From: Geobacter metallireducens GS-15
Lineage (GTDB): Bacteria; Desulfobacterota; Desulfuromonadia; Geobacterales; Geobacteraceae
Assembly: GCF_000012925.1 (NCBI RefSeq)
Contig: NC_007517.1
Coordinates: forward strand, 2,370,001 to 2,402,000
Direction: 5' to 3'
DNA: 32,000 nt
In this document: in pieces, positions 1 through 8,159 of the stretch
How the letters are laid out: the number at the start of each line of letters is the position of its first letter
Position numbering within the stretch: position 1 is the first letter of the stretch
Position numbers and translations under genes: made by a program
The notes under the pieces: generated by a model
What the model saw: the letters and a program-made list of their open reading frames with translations, nothing else
What the model was told of the DNA's origin: nothing
The model's database searches: none

Positions 1-849
1 CCGTCCTACGTGGGCAAATACGTGGGAACCCACGACATCACCATGCACCATACGGTGCTCGACGTGGTAAAAATGAACCCGCTCCTGAAGGCACAGATCA
101 CCAATGCGGTGGGCGCCATCTGCGGCATGGTCGAGATGACCCAGGGGACGAACATCACCTTTGACAAGCCATGCGTCGCCATCTCCTCGTTCGGTTTCGG
201 CGAAATGGCCGTGCAGACCGCCCTCGGCATGCTGGACGAGGCCGGTTTCACCCCTATCGTCTGCCATGCGCAGGGAAAGGGGGACAAGGCAATGGAGGAT
301 ATGATCCGTGCCGGCGCCTTCCATGGCGTGCTGGACATCTGCACCGGCGGCATTGTCGAAAACCTCTTCAAGGGGAACCGGGACCCGGGGCCCGACCGGT
401 TCATGGCAGCGGTGGAGACCGGCATTCCCATGGTGCTGGCCCCCTGCGGCCTCGATATCCTCTCCTATGGCGGGCGCCCCGACATGCTGGAGAAGACCAA
501 GGACCGGCCCCAGTACGTGCAGGACTCCCTGAGGGTCCAGGTACGCACCACCGCCGACGAACTGCGCCAGGCCGCCGACGTGATTGCCGAACGGCTCAAC
601 CGGGCCAACGGGGAGTGGACCTTCCTGATCCCCCTGAAAGGGTGGTCGTCCCAGGACCTTGAAGGACGGATCATCTACGATCCGGCCGCCGATGCCGCCT
701 TCGTTGCCCGGCTGAAAGAAAAACTGGATGAACCGGAGCGGGTCAAGGAAGTCGATCTGCATCTCTACACGAAGGAATTCGCCCGGGTCGCCGTCGACGA
801 GTTCGTGCGGCTGTACGAGGGAACGCCGGCCCAGGCAGTGGCCGGTTAA
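1..849 (+). CDS. UPF0261 / Tm-1-like ATP-binding family protein, C-terminal ~280 aa (5' end lies outside the window)
   Basis: Frame 1 is open from base 1 (CCG TCC TAC precede the listed GTG at 10). Stop TAA 847-849. Colinear with the C-terminal half of the complete paralogue at 6501-7868 (GFTPIVCHAQGKGDKAMEDMI vs GYESVTFHTTGTGGQAMERMV; GIPMVLAPCGLD vs GIPTVIVPGNID). Confidence 0.7.
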   Translation, partial: PSYVGKYVGTHDITMHHTVLDVVKMNPLLKAQITNAVGAICGMVEMTQGTNITFDKPCVAISSFGFGEMAVQTALGMLDEAGFTPIVCHAQGKGDKAMEDMIRAGAFHGVLDICTGGIVENLFKGNRDPGPDRFMAAVETGIPMVLAPCGLDILSYGGRPDMLEKTKDRPQYVQDSLRVQVRTTADELRQAADVIAERLNRANGEWTFLIPLKGWSSQDLEGRIIYDPAADAAFVARLKEKLDEPERVKEVDLHLYTKEFARVAVDEFVRLYEGTPAQAVAG

Positions 850-863
850 AAGGAGAGTGCGCG

Positions 864-1304
864 ATGATAGTCCGCAACTGGATGCAAAACAACCCTCTTA
901 CGATTTCGAGCGACACCCTGGCCTCTGAAGCAAAGCGGCTGCTTCTCGACAACAACCTGAATGCCCTGCTCGTGGTGGACAATGGACGTTTGCGCGGCCT
1001 GGTGACGCGGCACAATGTGATGCGCATGGGGCACTATGTCACGCGCACCCAGAATCCGGACGAAGTCAGTTTCTTCGTCAACCGGCTTAAGGTCAGGGAT
1101 TTCATGGTCCGCAATCCGGCCACCGTGGATGCGAACGACACCATGGAACACTGCCTTGAATACGGCAAGGAGCTGATGGTGGCCCAGTTTCCCGTCATGG
1201 AAAACGGTTCGGTGGTGGGAATCATATCCGCCAACGAGATCTTCCAACTGGCGGCCCATCTGTGCGGGACCATGGAAGCGGAGAAAATGCGGAAAGCGCA
1301 GTGA
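864..1304 (+). CDS. Stand-alone CBS-domain pair protein
   Basis: 146 aa. Two CBS-like repeats (VRNWMQNNPLTISSDT...ALLVVDNGRLRGLVTRHNV and VRDFMVRNPATVDANDT...FPVMENGSVVGIISANEIF). RBS AAGGAGAG about 6 nt upstream of ATG 864. 14 nt after the preceding stop. Confidence 0.75.
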   Translation: MIVRNWMQNNPLTISSDTLASEAKRLLLDNNLNALLVVDNGRLRGLVTRHNVMRMGHYVTRTQNPDEVSFFVNRLKVRDFMVRNPATVDANDTMEHCLEYGKELMVAQFPVMENGSVVGIISANEIFQLAAHLCGTMEAEKMRKAQ

Positions 1305-1391
1305 TGCCGGGACCCGGTCCTGACGTCTCGGCAACGATTGCGGGATTATCCCGCCACCCCGTCAACGACAAACGGAGAAAGGAGCAAGACC

Positions 1392-1997
1392 ATGAGCCTT
1401 CCATTGGTAGTGGCAATCACCGGCGCAACAGGCGTGATCTACGGGGTGGAGATGCTGAACGTGCTGAAGGAACTGGGTCAGGAAACCCATCTCATCGTCA
1501 GCGAGGCCGCCGGCAAGAACCTAGAGATCGAGACATCATACTCCCTTGACGAGGTCCGGGCCTTGGCCGACGTCGTCTATGACAACAAGGATATCGGCGC
1601 CTCGGTGGCCAGCGGCTCGTTCCGCACCCGCGGCATGATCGTGGCTCCTTGCACCGTAAAGACGCTTTCGGCCATTGCCAACTCGTTCACCTACAACCTG
1701 GTGATACGCGCCGCCGATGTAACCCTGAAAGAACGGCGCCCCCTGGTGCTCATGGTGCGCGAAACACCTTTGCACAAGGGGCACCTGGAGCTCATGTCGC
1801 GCGCCACCGACTGCGGCGCCCAGATATTGCCGCCAATGCCGGCCTTCTACCACAAGCCGGAGTCAATCATGGACATCGTCCACCAGAGCATCGGCAAGGC
1901 TCTGGACCAGGTGGGGATCGAGCACAATCTCTTCAAGCGCTGGCACGGGGACAACCGGAAGGAGCAGGTTCGGGAGTCCCTCAGAATCGCCAATTAA
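1392..1997 (+). CDS. ubiX: Flavin prenyltransferase UbiX (prenyl-FMN synthase)
   Basis: MSLPLVVAITGATGVIYGVEML..., GMIVAPCTVKTLSAIANS and RPLVLMVRETPLHKGHLELM are typical UbiX/Pad1 blocks. ATG 1392 is preferred over the ORF-track start at 1338 because AAAGGAG (1378-1384) lies 7 nt upstream. Confidence 0.85.
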   Translation: MSLPLVVAITGATGVIYGVEMLNVLKELGQETHLIVSEAAGKNLEIETSYSLDEVRALADVVYDNKDIGASVASGSFRTRGMIVAPCTVKTLSAIANSFTYNLVIRAADVTLKERRPLVLMVRETPLHKGHLELMSRATDCGAQILPPMPAFYHKPESIMDIVHQSIGKALDQVGIEHNLFKRWHGDNRKEQVRESLRIAN

Positions 1998-2027
1998 TGC
2001 CACATCCAGGGACTGTGGGGGCAGACC

Positions 2028-3107
2028 ATGAACCGTGACAAGACAATACTCATCATCAATCCCGGCTCCACCTCGACCAAGATCGGCATCTTTTCGGCAG
2101 GCGAGATGAAAATCAACGTGTCGGTCAGACATGACGACGCGGAGCTGAGGAAGTTTGCCACCATCTGGGATCAGTACGATTACCGCAAGGACGCCCTCCT
2201 CGGGTTCCTGCGGGACCACGATCTCGCCATGGATGATATCGACGCCATCGCCTGCCGCGGCGGTAACGTCAGACCGCTCCCCGGTGGCATCTACCGGCTC
2301 TGTCCGCGAATGATCGCCGACATGAAGAGCGGCATCTACGGCGGCCACCCGATCAACGTGGGGGGGCTGGTGGCATATGACCTGGGGAACCAGTACGGCA
2401 TCCCGGTTCTGACCGCCGATCCTCCCATGACCGACGAACTCTGCGCCTCGGCCCGCTACTCCGGGATTCCCCAGCTCACGAGGACGAGCAGCTTCCACGC
2501 CCTGAACCAGAAGGCCACTGCCCGCAGAATCGCGGCGGAACTGGGGAAACGGTACGATGAGGTGAACCTGATCGTCGCTCACCTGGGGGGCGGCATCTCG
2601 GTGGGAGCACACCAGAAGGGGAAGATCGTCGACGTGAACAACGCCCTGGACGGGGACGGCCCCTTCTCGCCGGAACGGGCCGGGACACTGCCGGCCGGCG
2701 ACCTGGTCAAACTCTGCTTCAGCGGCGACTACACGAAGGCCGAGGTGCTGAAGCTCCTGACCGGCGGCGGAGGGCTGTACGCCTATCTGGGTACCACCAA
2801 CGTGATCGAGATTGAAAAGCGGATCACGGCGGGCGACGGGAAGGCGGCCGAGGTGTTCGAGGCGATGATCTACCAGGTGGCCAAGGAGATCGGCGCCTGC
2901 GCGGCCGTACTGGAGGGGACGGTGGACGCCATCGCCCTCACCGGGAGCCTGGTCTATTCGGAGCGACTCCTGGAGAGTCTGAAGAGGAAGATCGCTTTCA
3001 TCGCCCCGGTCCATTTGAACCCCGGCGAGAACGAGATGGAGGCCCTGGCCGATGCGGCAATGCGCTACTTCAGCCAGGAAGAAGAGCTGTCCGTGTACGC
3101 CGCCTGA
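2028..3107 (+). CDS. Butyrate-kinase-family (ASKHA) acyl kinase, copy 1
   Basis: 359 aa. ILIINPGSTSTKIG N-terminal phosphate loop, AIACRGG, LIVAHLGGGISVGAH, DGDGPFSPERAG and AIALTGSL are the conserved butyrate-kinase blocks. Close paralogue at 26057-27145. Confidence 0.85.
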   Translation: MNRDKTILIINPGSTSTKIGIFSAGEMKINVSVRHDDAELRKFATIWDQYDYRKDALLGFLRDHDLAMDDIDAIACRGGNVRPLPGGIYRLCPRMIADMKSGIYGGHPINVGGLVAYDLGNQYGIPVLTADPPMTDELCASARYSGIPQLTRTSSFHALNQKATARRIAAELGKRYDEVNLIVAHLGGGISVGAHQKGKIVDVNNALDGDGPFSPERAGTLPAGDLVKLCFSGDYTKAEVLKLLTGGGGLYAYLGTTNVIEIEKRITAGDGKAAEVFEAMIYQVAKEIGACAAVLEGTVDAIALTGSLVYSERLLESLKRKIAFIAPVHLNPGENEMEALADAAMRYFSQEEELSVYAA

Positions 3108-3161
3108 CCGGTTGCAACGGGCGGCAATCAATTACATCATTTACGAGAAAGAGGATTACTT

Positions 3162-4091
3162 ATGAAACAGTTCTCCCTCCGTCGGCTGTTGTTCCTCCCT
3201 TGCATCGCCCTTGCCGTATTTCTGTTCTCCGCCCCCCTGACGTGGGCCGGCGGAGGGCAGCACTATCCGAACGGTGTCGAAGACTTCGCCGTGGGGGCAC
3301 TCCCCCCTCCGGGTGTCTATCTCGTGAATTACCTGCTGCTCGTCCAGAAAAACAGCATCAAGGACAATTCCGGAAACAGCGTACCGGCGGATTTCAAGGC
3401 TGATGTGGTGGCCGAGGTCCCCCGACTCATCTACGTCAGTCCGTTCAAGCTATTGGGAGCCAACTGGGGCGCCCATGTCTTTCTTCCCTTCTACCACGCC
3501 GATGTGAAAAGCAGTTCCGACATCCCCCCGCTCAATTTCGATTCCCGCGACACGGGGATGGGGGATCTTATCTTCAGCCCCCTCATCCTTGGCTGGCACT
3601 TCACCCCCTCGCTCCATGCCGTCTTTGCACTGGACACCTGGGCACCCACCGGGGACTACGACAAGAACCGGCCGGCAACCCAGATCCTCTCCAGGAACCA
3701 CTGGACCTTCGAGCCGGTCGTGGCGGTCTCATACCTCAAGGAGGGTTTCGACGTCTCCGCCAAGCTCATGTACGACTTCAACACCAGAAACAGCGACACC
3801 GGCACCGACCCAGGCCAGGAGTTCCACATTGACTGGGCAGCGGGCTATGGACTCAGCAACGGGCTGAGCGGGGGCGTGGTGGGCTACAACTACTGGCAGA
3901 CCACCGACGACAAGGTCAACGGAGTCAGGGTCGAAGACGCAAACAGCAGGGTGGGAGGCATCGGCTTCGGCATCAAGTACTGGCCCAAACAGGGGCCGTT
4001 CAGCATGACCTTCAAACAGTACTGGGAGTATGGCGCCCGCAACATCGCCACCGGCCCCCAGACCCAGTTCAAGATTTCCTATGCCTTCTGA
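3162..4091 (+). CDS. Outer-membrane beta-barrel channel, MetA-pathway / phenol-degradation OMP family
   Basis: Signal peptide MKQFSLRRLLFLPCIALAVFLFSAPLTWA. Alternating amphipathic strands. C-terminal aromatic residue (KISYAF). GALPPPGVYLVNY and FEPVVAVSY blocks are shared with the paralogue at 25093-26016. RBS AAGAGGA upstream. Confidence 0.7.
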   Translation: MKQFSLRRLLFLPCIALAVFLFSAPLTWAGGGQHYPNGVEDFAVGALPPPGVYLVNYLLLVQKNSIKDNSGNSVPADFKADVVAEVPRLIYVSPFKLLGANWGAHVFLPFYHADVKSSSDIPPLNFDSRDTGMGDLIFSPLILGWHFTPSLHAVFALDTWAPTGDYDKNRPATQILSRNHWTFEPVVAVSYLKEGFDVSAKLMYDFNTRNSDTGTDPGQEFHIDWAAGYGLSNGLSGGVVGYNYWQTTDDKVNGVRVEDANSRVGGIGFGIKYWPKQGPFSMTFKQYWEYGARNIATGPQTQFKISYAF

Positions 4092-4163
4092 CCCCCCGTG
4101 TCAGGAGCGGCTCTGACGCGGCTGATCAATTTCAACGGTTCCGAACAGGGACAAGGTACGCCC

Positions 4164-4736
4164 ATGCGGGAAATGTCGAAAATTTACGAACATATCTACG
4201 ACCTGGCCAGGCCTCATCTGAATACCCGGAACAACGATATTCATACCAATGTAGCCTATCGTTTTGCCCTGCGGTTGCTCGAGGATGAGCCGGGTGATCC
4301 CGACGTGGTCATCCCGGCCATCATCTGTCATGACATCGGGTGGATAAAGCTCCCGGAAGCGTTGCACTCGAAGGCATTCGGTCCGGGATTCGATCCCGAT
4401 CTGCGCAGGGTCCACGAGGTTGAGGGGGTCGAACTGGCCCGGGAGATCCTGAGAAGCGTGGCCTATGACCCGCACAAAAGCCGCGAGATCCTGGAGATTA
4501 TCGAGGGCCACGATTCCCGTCTCGAAGCGATCTCCGACAGCGACAAGATCGTGAAGGATGCGGACAAACTGTGGCGCGTTACGTCCGAGGGGCTGGCAAT
4601 CGATGCCGAATGGTTCCGGCAGGAACCCGAGGAACACCTGCACTGGACGGCGGTGCAGATCGATTCCTGGTTTTTCACCGAAACCGGCAGGCAACTGGCC
4701 TGGGCAGCGTTGGAAAAGGCGGGATACACACCTTGA
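4164..4736 (+). CDS. HD-domain metal-dependent phosphohydrolase
   Basis: IPAIICHDIGW (H-D doublet), EGHDSR and KDADKLW motifs. ATG 4164 is chosen rather than the GTG at 4098. ATG 4173 is also possible. Confidence 0.65.
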   Translation: MREMSKIYEHIYDLARPHLNTRNNDIHTNVAYRFALRLLEDEPGDPDVVIPAIICHDIGWIKLPEALHSKAFGPGFDPDLRRVHEVEGVELAREILRSVAYDPHKSREILEIIEGHDSRLEAISDSDKIVKDADKLWRVTSEGLAIDAEWFRQEPEEHLHWTAVQIDSWFFTETGRQLAWAALEKAGYTP

Positions 4737-4763
4737 CCGCGCTTCAGTGCGCTGGGGGTTTCC

Positions 4764-6185
4764 ATGGCCGACACAGAGCAGCATCTGGAAGAGATGCTTC
4801 GGCTGGCAAATTTCACCATAGAGCGGACCGGCACCCCCATTGTCTGGGTGGACTCCACGACCCGTTTTGCACGGGTAAACGACGCGGCATGCCGGTGTTT
4901 CGGTTACTCGCCCGATGAATTCATCCGCCTGACTGCCCAGGACATCGCCCCGGGGATCCCCACGGAATTGTGGCCGCAGCACTGGGCAGAGCTGAAGCGG
5001 ATGCAATTCCGCACCTTTTCGGATCATTTCAGAAAACGCTCCGGGGAAAAGTTCCCGGTAGAGGTCGAGGAAAACTTCATCCGGTTCGAAGGGAGGGAAT
5101 ACTCCTGCAGCTTCATCAAGGACATGACCCAGCATTTCCAGACCCAGGAAGCCCTGAGGCGGGCCTTGGACGAGGTGCAAACGCTCAAAAACCGTCTGGA
5201 AGCCGAAAACGTGTACCTGATGAACGAGATCAAACTCTCCAACAACTTCGATGAAATAGTCACCGGCAATCCCATCTTCATGAAGGCCCTGCAGCTTGTG
5301 GAACAGGTTGCCCCCACCGATGCGTCCGTACTTATCCTCGGAGAAACAGGCGTCGGCAAGGAACTCATCGCCCGCGCCATCCATAACCTGAGCAACCGCC
5401 GTGATCGCCCCCTCATCCGGCTCAATTGCGCCGCATTGCCGGCAACTCTCATGGAAAACGAACTTTTCGGCCACGAAAGGGGAGCCTTCACGGGAGCGAA
5501 CTGCCGCAAACCCGGCAGGTTCGACCTGGCTGACGGGGGGACCCTTTTTCTCGACGAGGTGGGTGATCTGCCCATGGAGTTGCAGAGCAAGCTTCTGCGT
5601 GTCTTGCAGGAAGGGGAATTCGAGCGGCTCGGCGGCGCTGAAACGATAAAGGTCGATGTACGCATCCTGGCCGCGACCCACGTGGATTTGAAAGCCCTGC
5701 TTGCCGAGGGGCGGTTTCGCAGCGACCTGTACTATCGCCTCAATGTCTTTCCGATCCAATGCCCCCCCCTCAGGGAACGCAGGGAAGACATCCCCCTGCT
5801 GGTCAGGCATTTTGTCAAAGCCTCCTGCGAAAAGAACGGAAAAAGCATCGAGCTTATTCCGCGCCATGTCATGGAGTCACTGGAGGGGTACCCCTGGCCC
5901 GGCAATATCCGGGAACTGCAGAACGTTATCGAACGGGCGGTGATCATCAGCCGGGGAAACAAGCTGGAGATCGACTCCCTCCCTAAAATGGTCATAGCCG
6001 CCGATGCAGCCCCCATCTCACCTCTGGAAGTGACCGAACGGGAACATATCATCCGTGCTCTCGAAACAACGGCATGGCGAGTCGGCGGGCCAAAGGGCGC
6101 CGCTGAAATCCTCGGACTGAAACGCACAACCCTCCAGGCGAGGATGCGCAAGCTCGGCATCAACCGGCAGGGCCTGCCAGCCTGA
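4764..6185 (+). CDS. Sigma-54-dependent transcriptional activator with N-terminal PAS sensor (PAS-AAA+-HTH)
   Basis: PAS-like N-terminus. Walker A GETGVGKE. ELFGHERGAFTGA (GAFTGA sigma-54 contact loop). [14 protein letters not shown]-terminal Fis-type HTH AAEILGLKRTTLQARMRKLGI. Confidence 0.9.
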   Translation: MADTEQHLEEMLRLANFTIERTGTPIVWVDSTTRFARVNDAACRCFGYSPDEFIRLTAQDIAPGIPTELWPQHWAELKRMQFRTFSDHFRKRSGEKFPVEVEENFIRFEGREYSCSFIKDMTQHFQTQEALRRALDEVQTLKNRLEAENVYLMNEIKLSNNFDEIVTGNPIFMKALQLVEQVAPTDASVLILGETGVGKELIARAIHNLSNRRDRPLIRLNCAALPATLMENELFGHERGAFTGANCRKPGRFDLADGGTLFLDEVGDLPMELQSKLLRVLQEGEFERLGGAETIKVDVRILAATHVDLKALLAEGRFRSDLYYRLNVFPIQCPPLRERREDIPLLVRHFVKASCEKNGKSIELIPRHVMESLEGYPWPGNIRELQNVIERAVIISRGNKLEIDSLPKMVIAADAAPISPLEVTEREHIIRALETTAWRVGGPKGAAEILGLKRTTLQARMRKLGINRQGLPA

Positions 6186-6287
6186 CCGCACGCACACTGA
6201 CTCTCATCCTCCTTCTCCCCCTCCCCTTTCCCGCACGCTGTCTCCCGAGCAAACGCCCAAGTTTTTCAGAAGATATCGTTCTATTAT

Positions 6288-6330
6288 TTTTTGCCATCAT
6301 TTGGGCTCTGCTCCAACATATGGGCAAAAA
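6288..6330. repeat. 8-bp perfect inverted repeat TTTTTGCC-N27-GGCAAAAA; candidate upstream activator site
   Basis: TTTTTGCC at 6288-6295 and GGCAAAAA at 6323-6330, read directly. Centre lies about 125 bp upstream of the -12 element at 6433-6436, the usual distance for enhancer-binding-protein sites. The function is inferred. Confidence 0.3.
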
Positions 6331-6421
6331 CCACCATACCCCAGCACACAAACCCTGTCTGTCACAACAATTTAATACCTTATTTCATAATGTTACATAT
6401 TTTTTACTCAATCAGCATCCA

Positions 6422-6437
6422 TGGAACACCTGTTGCT
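6422..6437 (+). promoter_or_regulatory. Sigma-54 (-24/-12) promoter
   Basis: TGGAAC-ACCTG-TTGCT against consensus TGGCAC-N5-TTGCW. The GG (6423-6424) and GC (6435-6436) are separated by exactly 10 nt. Lies 64 nt upstream of ATG 6501, after an AT-rich stretch and next to a sigma-54 activator gene. Confidence 0.6.
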
Positions 6438-6500
6438 AAACATTGTTTTGAATAAACGATTCCACAAATGCAAATCCCCATCACAGGAGAGGAGGCTCAC

Positions 6501-7868
6501 ATGTTAACCAGGACAGATGGCAAGGGCAGTAAGGTACTATTAATCGCGGCCATGGACACCAAGGGAACAGAAGCCCGTTACATCGAATCGTGGCTGGCGA
6601 AGGCGGGTTTCACCACGTTGATCATGGATATGGGTATCCGTGGAAAAAGGCCCGGTCCGGTCGCAGTCACCCGGGATGAAGTGCTGCGCGCTGCCGGGAA
6701 GACCTGGGATGACATACAAAATGTCACCAGCGAGGGGGACGCCGTGGACATCATGATCTCCGGCGGCGTCAAGTGTGCGCTTGCCCTGTACAAAGCTGAT
6801 CTAATTCAGGGGGTCATCAGTCTTGGGGGAACAATGGGCACCACCCTGGGCACGGGAGTGATGCGGGCTTTCCCCATTGGTTTCCCTAAGGTAATGATCT
6901 CTACCATCGCTGCCAAGGATACCGAGGCATTTATTGGGAACATGGATATTTTCATGCTGAATTCGGTGTCTGATCTGGCAGGACTGAACCGGATCACCCG
7001 TAAAGTGTTGCGAAACGGGGCGCTGGCAATTGCCGGCCTGGTCAGGGAACGGGAGTTCCATGACGAATTTTCACGCCCGCTGGCCGTCCTGACGACTCTG
7101 GGCACAACGGAGGCCACGGCGGCACGGATGAGAATCCACTTTGAGGCGTGGGGATACGAAAGTGTGACGTTCCATACCACGGGAACCGGCGGCCAGGCAA
7201 TGGAGCGGATGGTCAACTTCGAACCGGTCTCCGCAGTGGTGGACCTGTCCCTTCATGAACTGATAGACCACCATTTCGGAGGAGCGTTCGATCCCGGTCC
7301 GGAGCGTGGCAGAGCTGCCCTGCAAAAGGGGATACCGACGGTGATCGTTCCGGGCAATATCGATTTTCTGGTAACCGGTCCCATGGCCCAGGCCCAGATT
7401 TATTTTCCCGGCAGACGGGGGCACAAACATAACGCCAACATCACCTGCGTCCGGACAAGTCTGGAGGAAATCCAACGGATAGCAGAAATCATGGCCGGTT
7501 ACTGCAATGAAAGCACGGGGCCCGTTGCCGTCCTCGTGCCCATGAAGGGGTTCTCATGCCTGGATCATGAGGATGGCCCCCAACCGGACCCGGAGGGGCC
7601 TCGCGTTTTCGCCGAAACCTTCGCCAGGGCATTAACGCGCACCATCCATTTTGAAACGGTCCCGCTGCACATAAACGACGAAGCGTTTTCCGAAGTAATT
7701 GTCGGGGCACTGCAAAAAATCGGCGGACTGCGGAAAATCGAGGCTGATCGGCTACCATCCCGACAACCTGCGACATGGAGCCCTTACAGCTCAGTGCACA
7801 CCCTCGACCGCTTCTCCGGTAATCAGCACACCACTACGGAAACAACAGGAGATGCGCTTGCGGCATGA
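6501..7868 (+). CDS. UPF0261 / Tm-1-like ATP-binding family protein (full length, with about 50 aa C-terminal tail)
   Basis: KVLLIAAMDTKGTE, ISLGGTMGTTLGTGVMRAFPIGFPKVMIST and FMLNSVSDLAGLNRITRKVLRNGALAIAG match the conserved UPF0261 blocks as I remember them. ATG 6501 is preferred over 6468 because GGAGAGGAGG (6486-6495) precedes it. Confidence 0.75.
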   Translation: MLTRTDGKGSKVLLIAAMDTKGTEARYIESWLAKAGFTTLIMDMGIRGKRPGPVAVTRDEVLRAAGKTWDDIQNVTSEGDAVDIMISGGVKCALALYKADLIQGVISLGGTMGTTLGTGVMRAFPIGFPKVMISTIAAKDTEAFIGNMDIFMLNSVSDLAGLNRITRKVLRNGALAIAGLVREREFHDEFSRPLAVLTTLGTTEATAARMRIHFEAWGYESVTFHTTGTGGQAMERMVNFEPVSAVVDLSLHELIDHHFGGAFDPGPERGRAALQKGIPTVIVPGNIDFLVTGPMAQAQIYFPGRRGHKHNANITCVRTSLEEIQRIAEIMAGYCNESTGPVAVLVPMKGFSCLDHEDGPQPDPEGPRVFAETFARALTRTIHFETVPLHINDEAFSEVIVGALQKIGGLRKIEADRLPSRQPATWSPYSSVHTLDRFSGNQHTTTETTGDALAA

Positions 7869-7884
7869 AGAACAATTCAAACAT

Positions 7885-7927
7885 CCCCCCGGGAACCGTC
7901 ATCATTGATGAAGAGGTGCCCGGGGGG
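7885..7927. other. GC-rich stem-loop (9-bp perfect stem CCCCCCGGG / CCCGGGGGG, 25-nt loop holding an inner TCATCA/TGATGA repeat) between convergent genes
   Basis: Arms at 7885-7893 and 7919-7927, read directly. Starts 17 nt after the stop at 7868. No adjacent U-tract, so it is not a classical intrinsic terminator. Confidence 0.3.
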
Positions 7928-8159
7928 ATGTCACATTTTCCACCACTGGTTCCCGGAAGGGGCGGAGCTCTCGCGGAGAAGCGATCCCCGCAAAAAACCA
8001 CCTACGGCGTTTGCGGAGGGAAAGCCCCGGGAATAGCTGTTCACGTGCCACGAAGACCGGCTGGTGACGCTGGATCGCTTCGGAGCGAGAGATCCGCCCC
8101 TTCCGACACCATGCGTGACCAAGTTGAAGTAATGAGCACCAGCCGTTGAATCCGCCGGT

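Noticed and set aside
4097-4120. 8-bp stem (CGTGTCAG / CTGACGCG, one G-U pair) just after the porin stop. Considered as a possible terminator.
   Set aside because: It has an 8-nt loop and no U-tract, and the next gene follows within 72 bp on the same strand. The evidence is too weak to call.
4101-5867. 588-codon ORF on the minus strand. Similar long antisense ORFs occur at 1863-3131 (-), 10907-13039 (+), 15059-16336 (-), 16194-18191 (-), 21839-23524 (-) and 26780-29233 (-).
   Set aside because: Each lies opposite a gene with clear family motifs. The products are Arg/Gly/Pro/Ala/Asp-rich low-complexity strings with no recognisable domain. Stop-free antisense frames are expected in GC-rich coding DNA, so these are shadow ORFs.
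6201-6232. Polypyrimidine run (CTCTCATCCTCCTTCTCCCCCTCCCCTTTCCC). Its G-rich complement could suggest a G-quadruplex or H-DNA.
   Set aside because: The complement has only three G3+ tracts, not the four needed for a canonical quadruplex, and there is no clear mirror symmetry. It is noted only as part of the control-region description.
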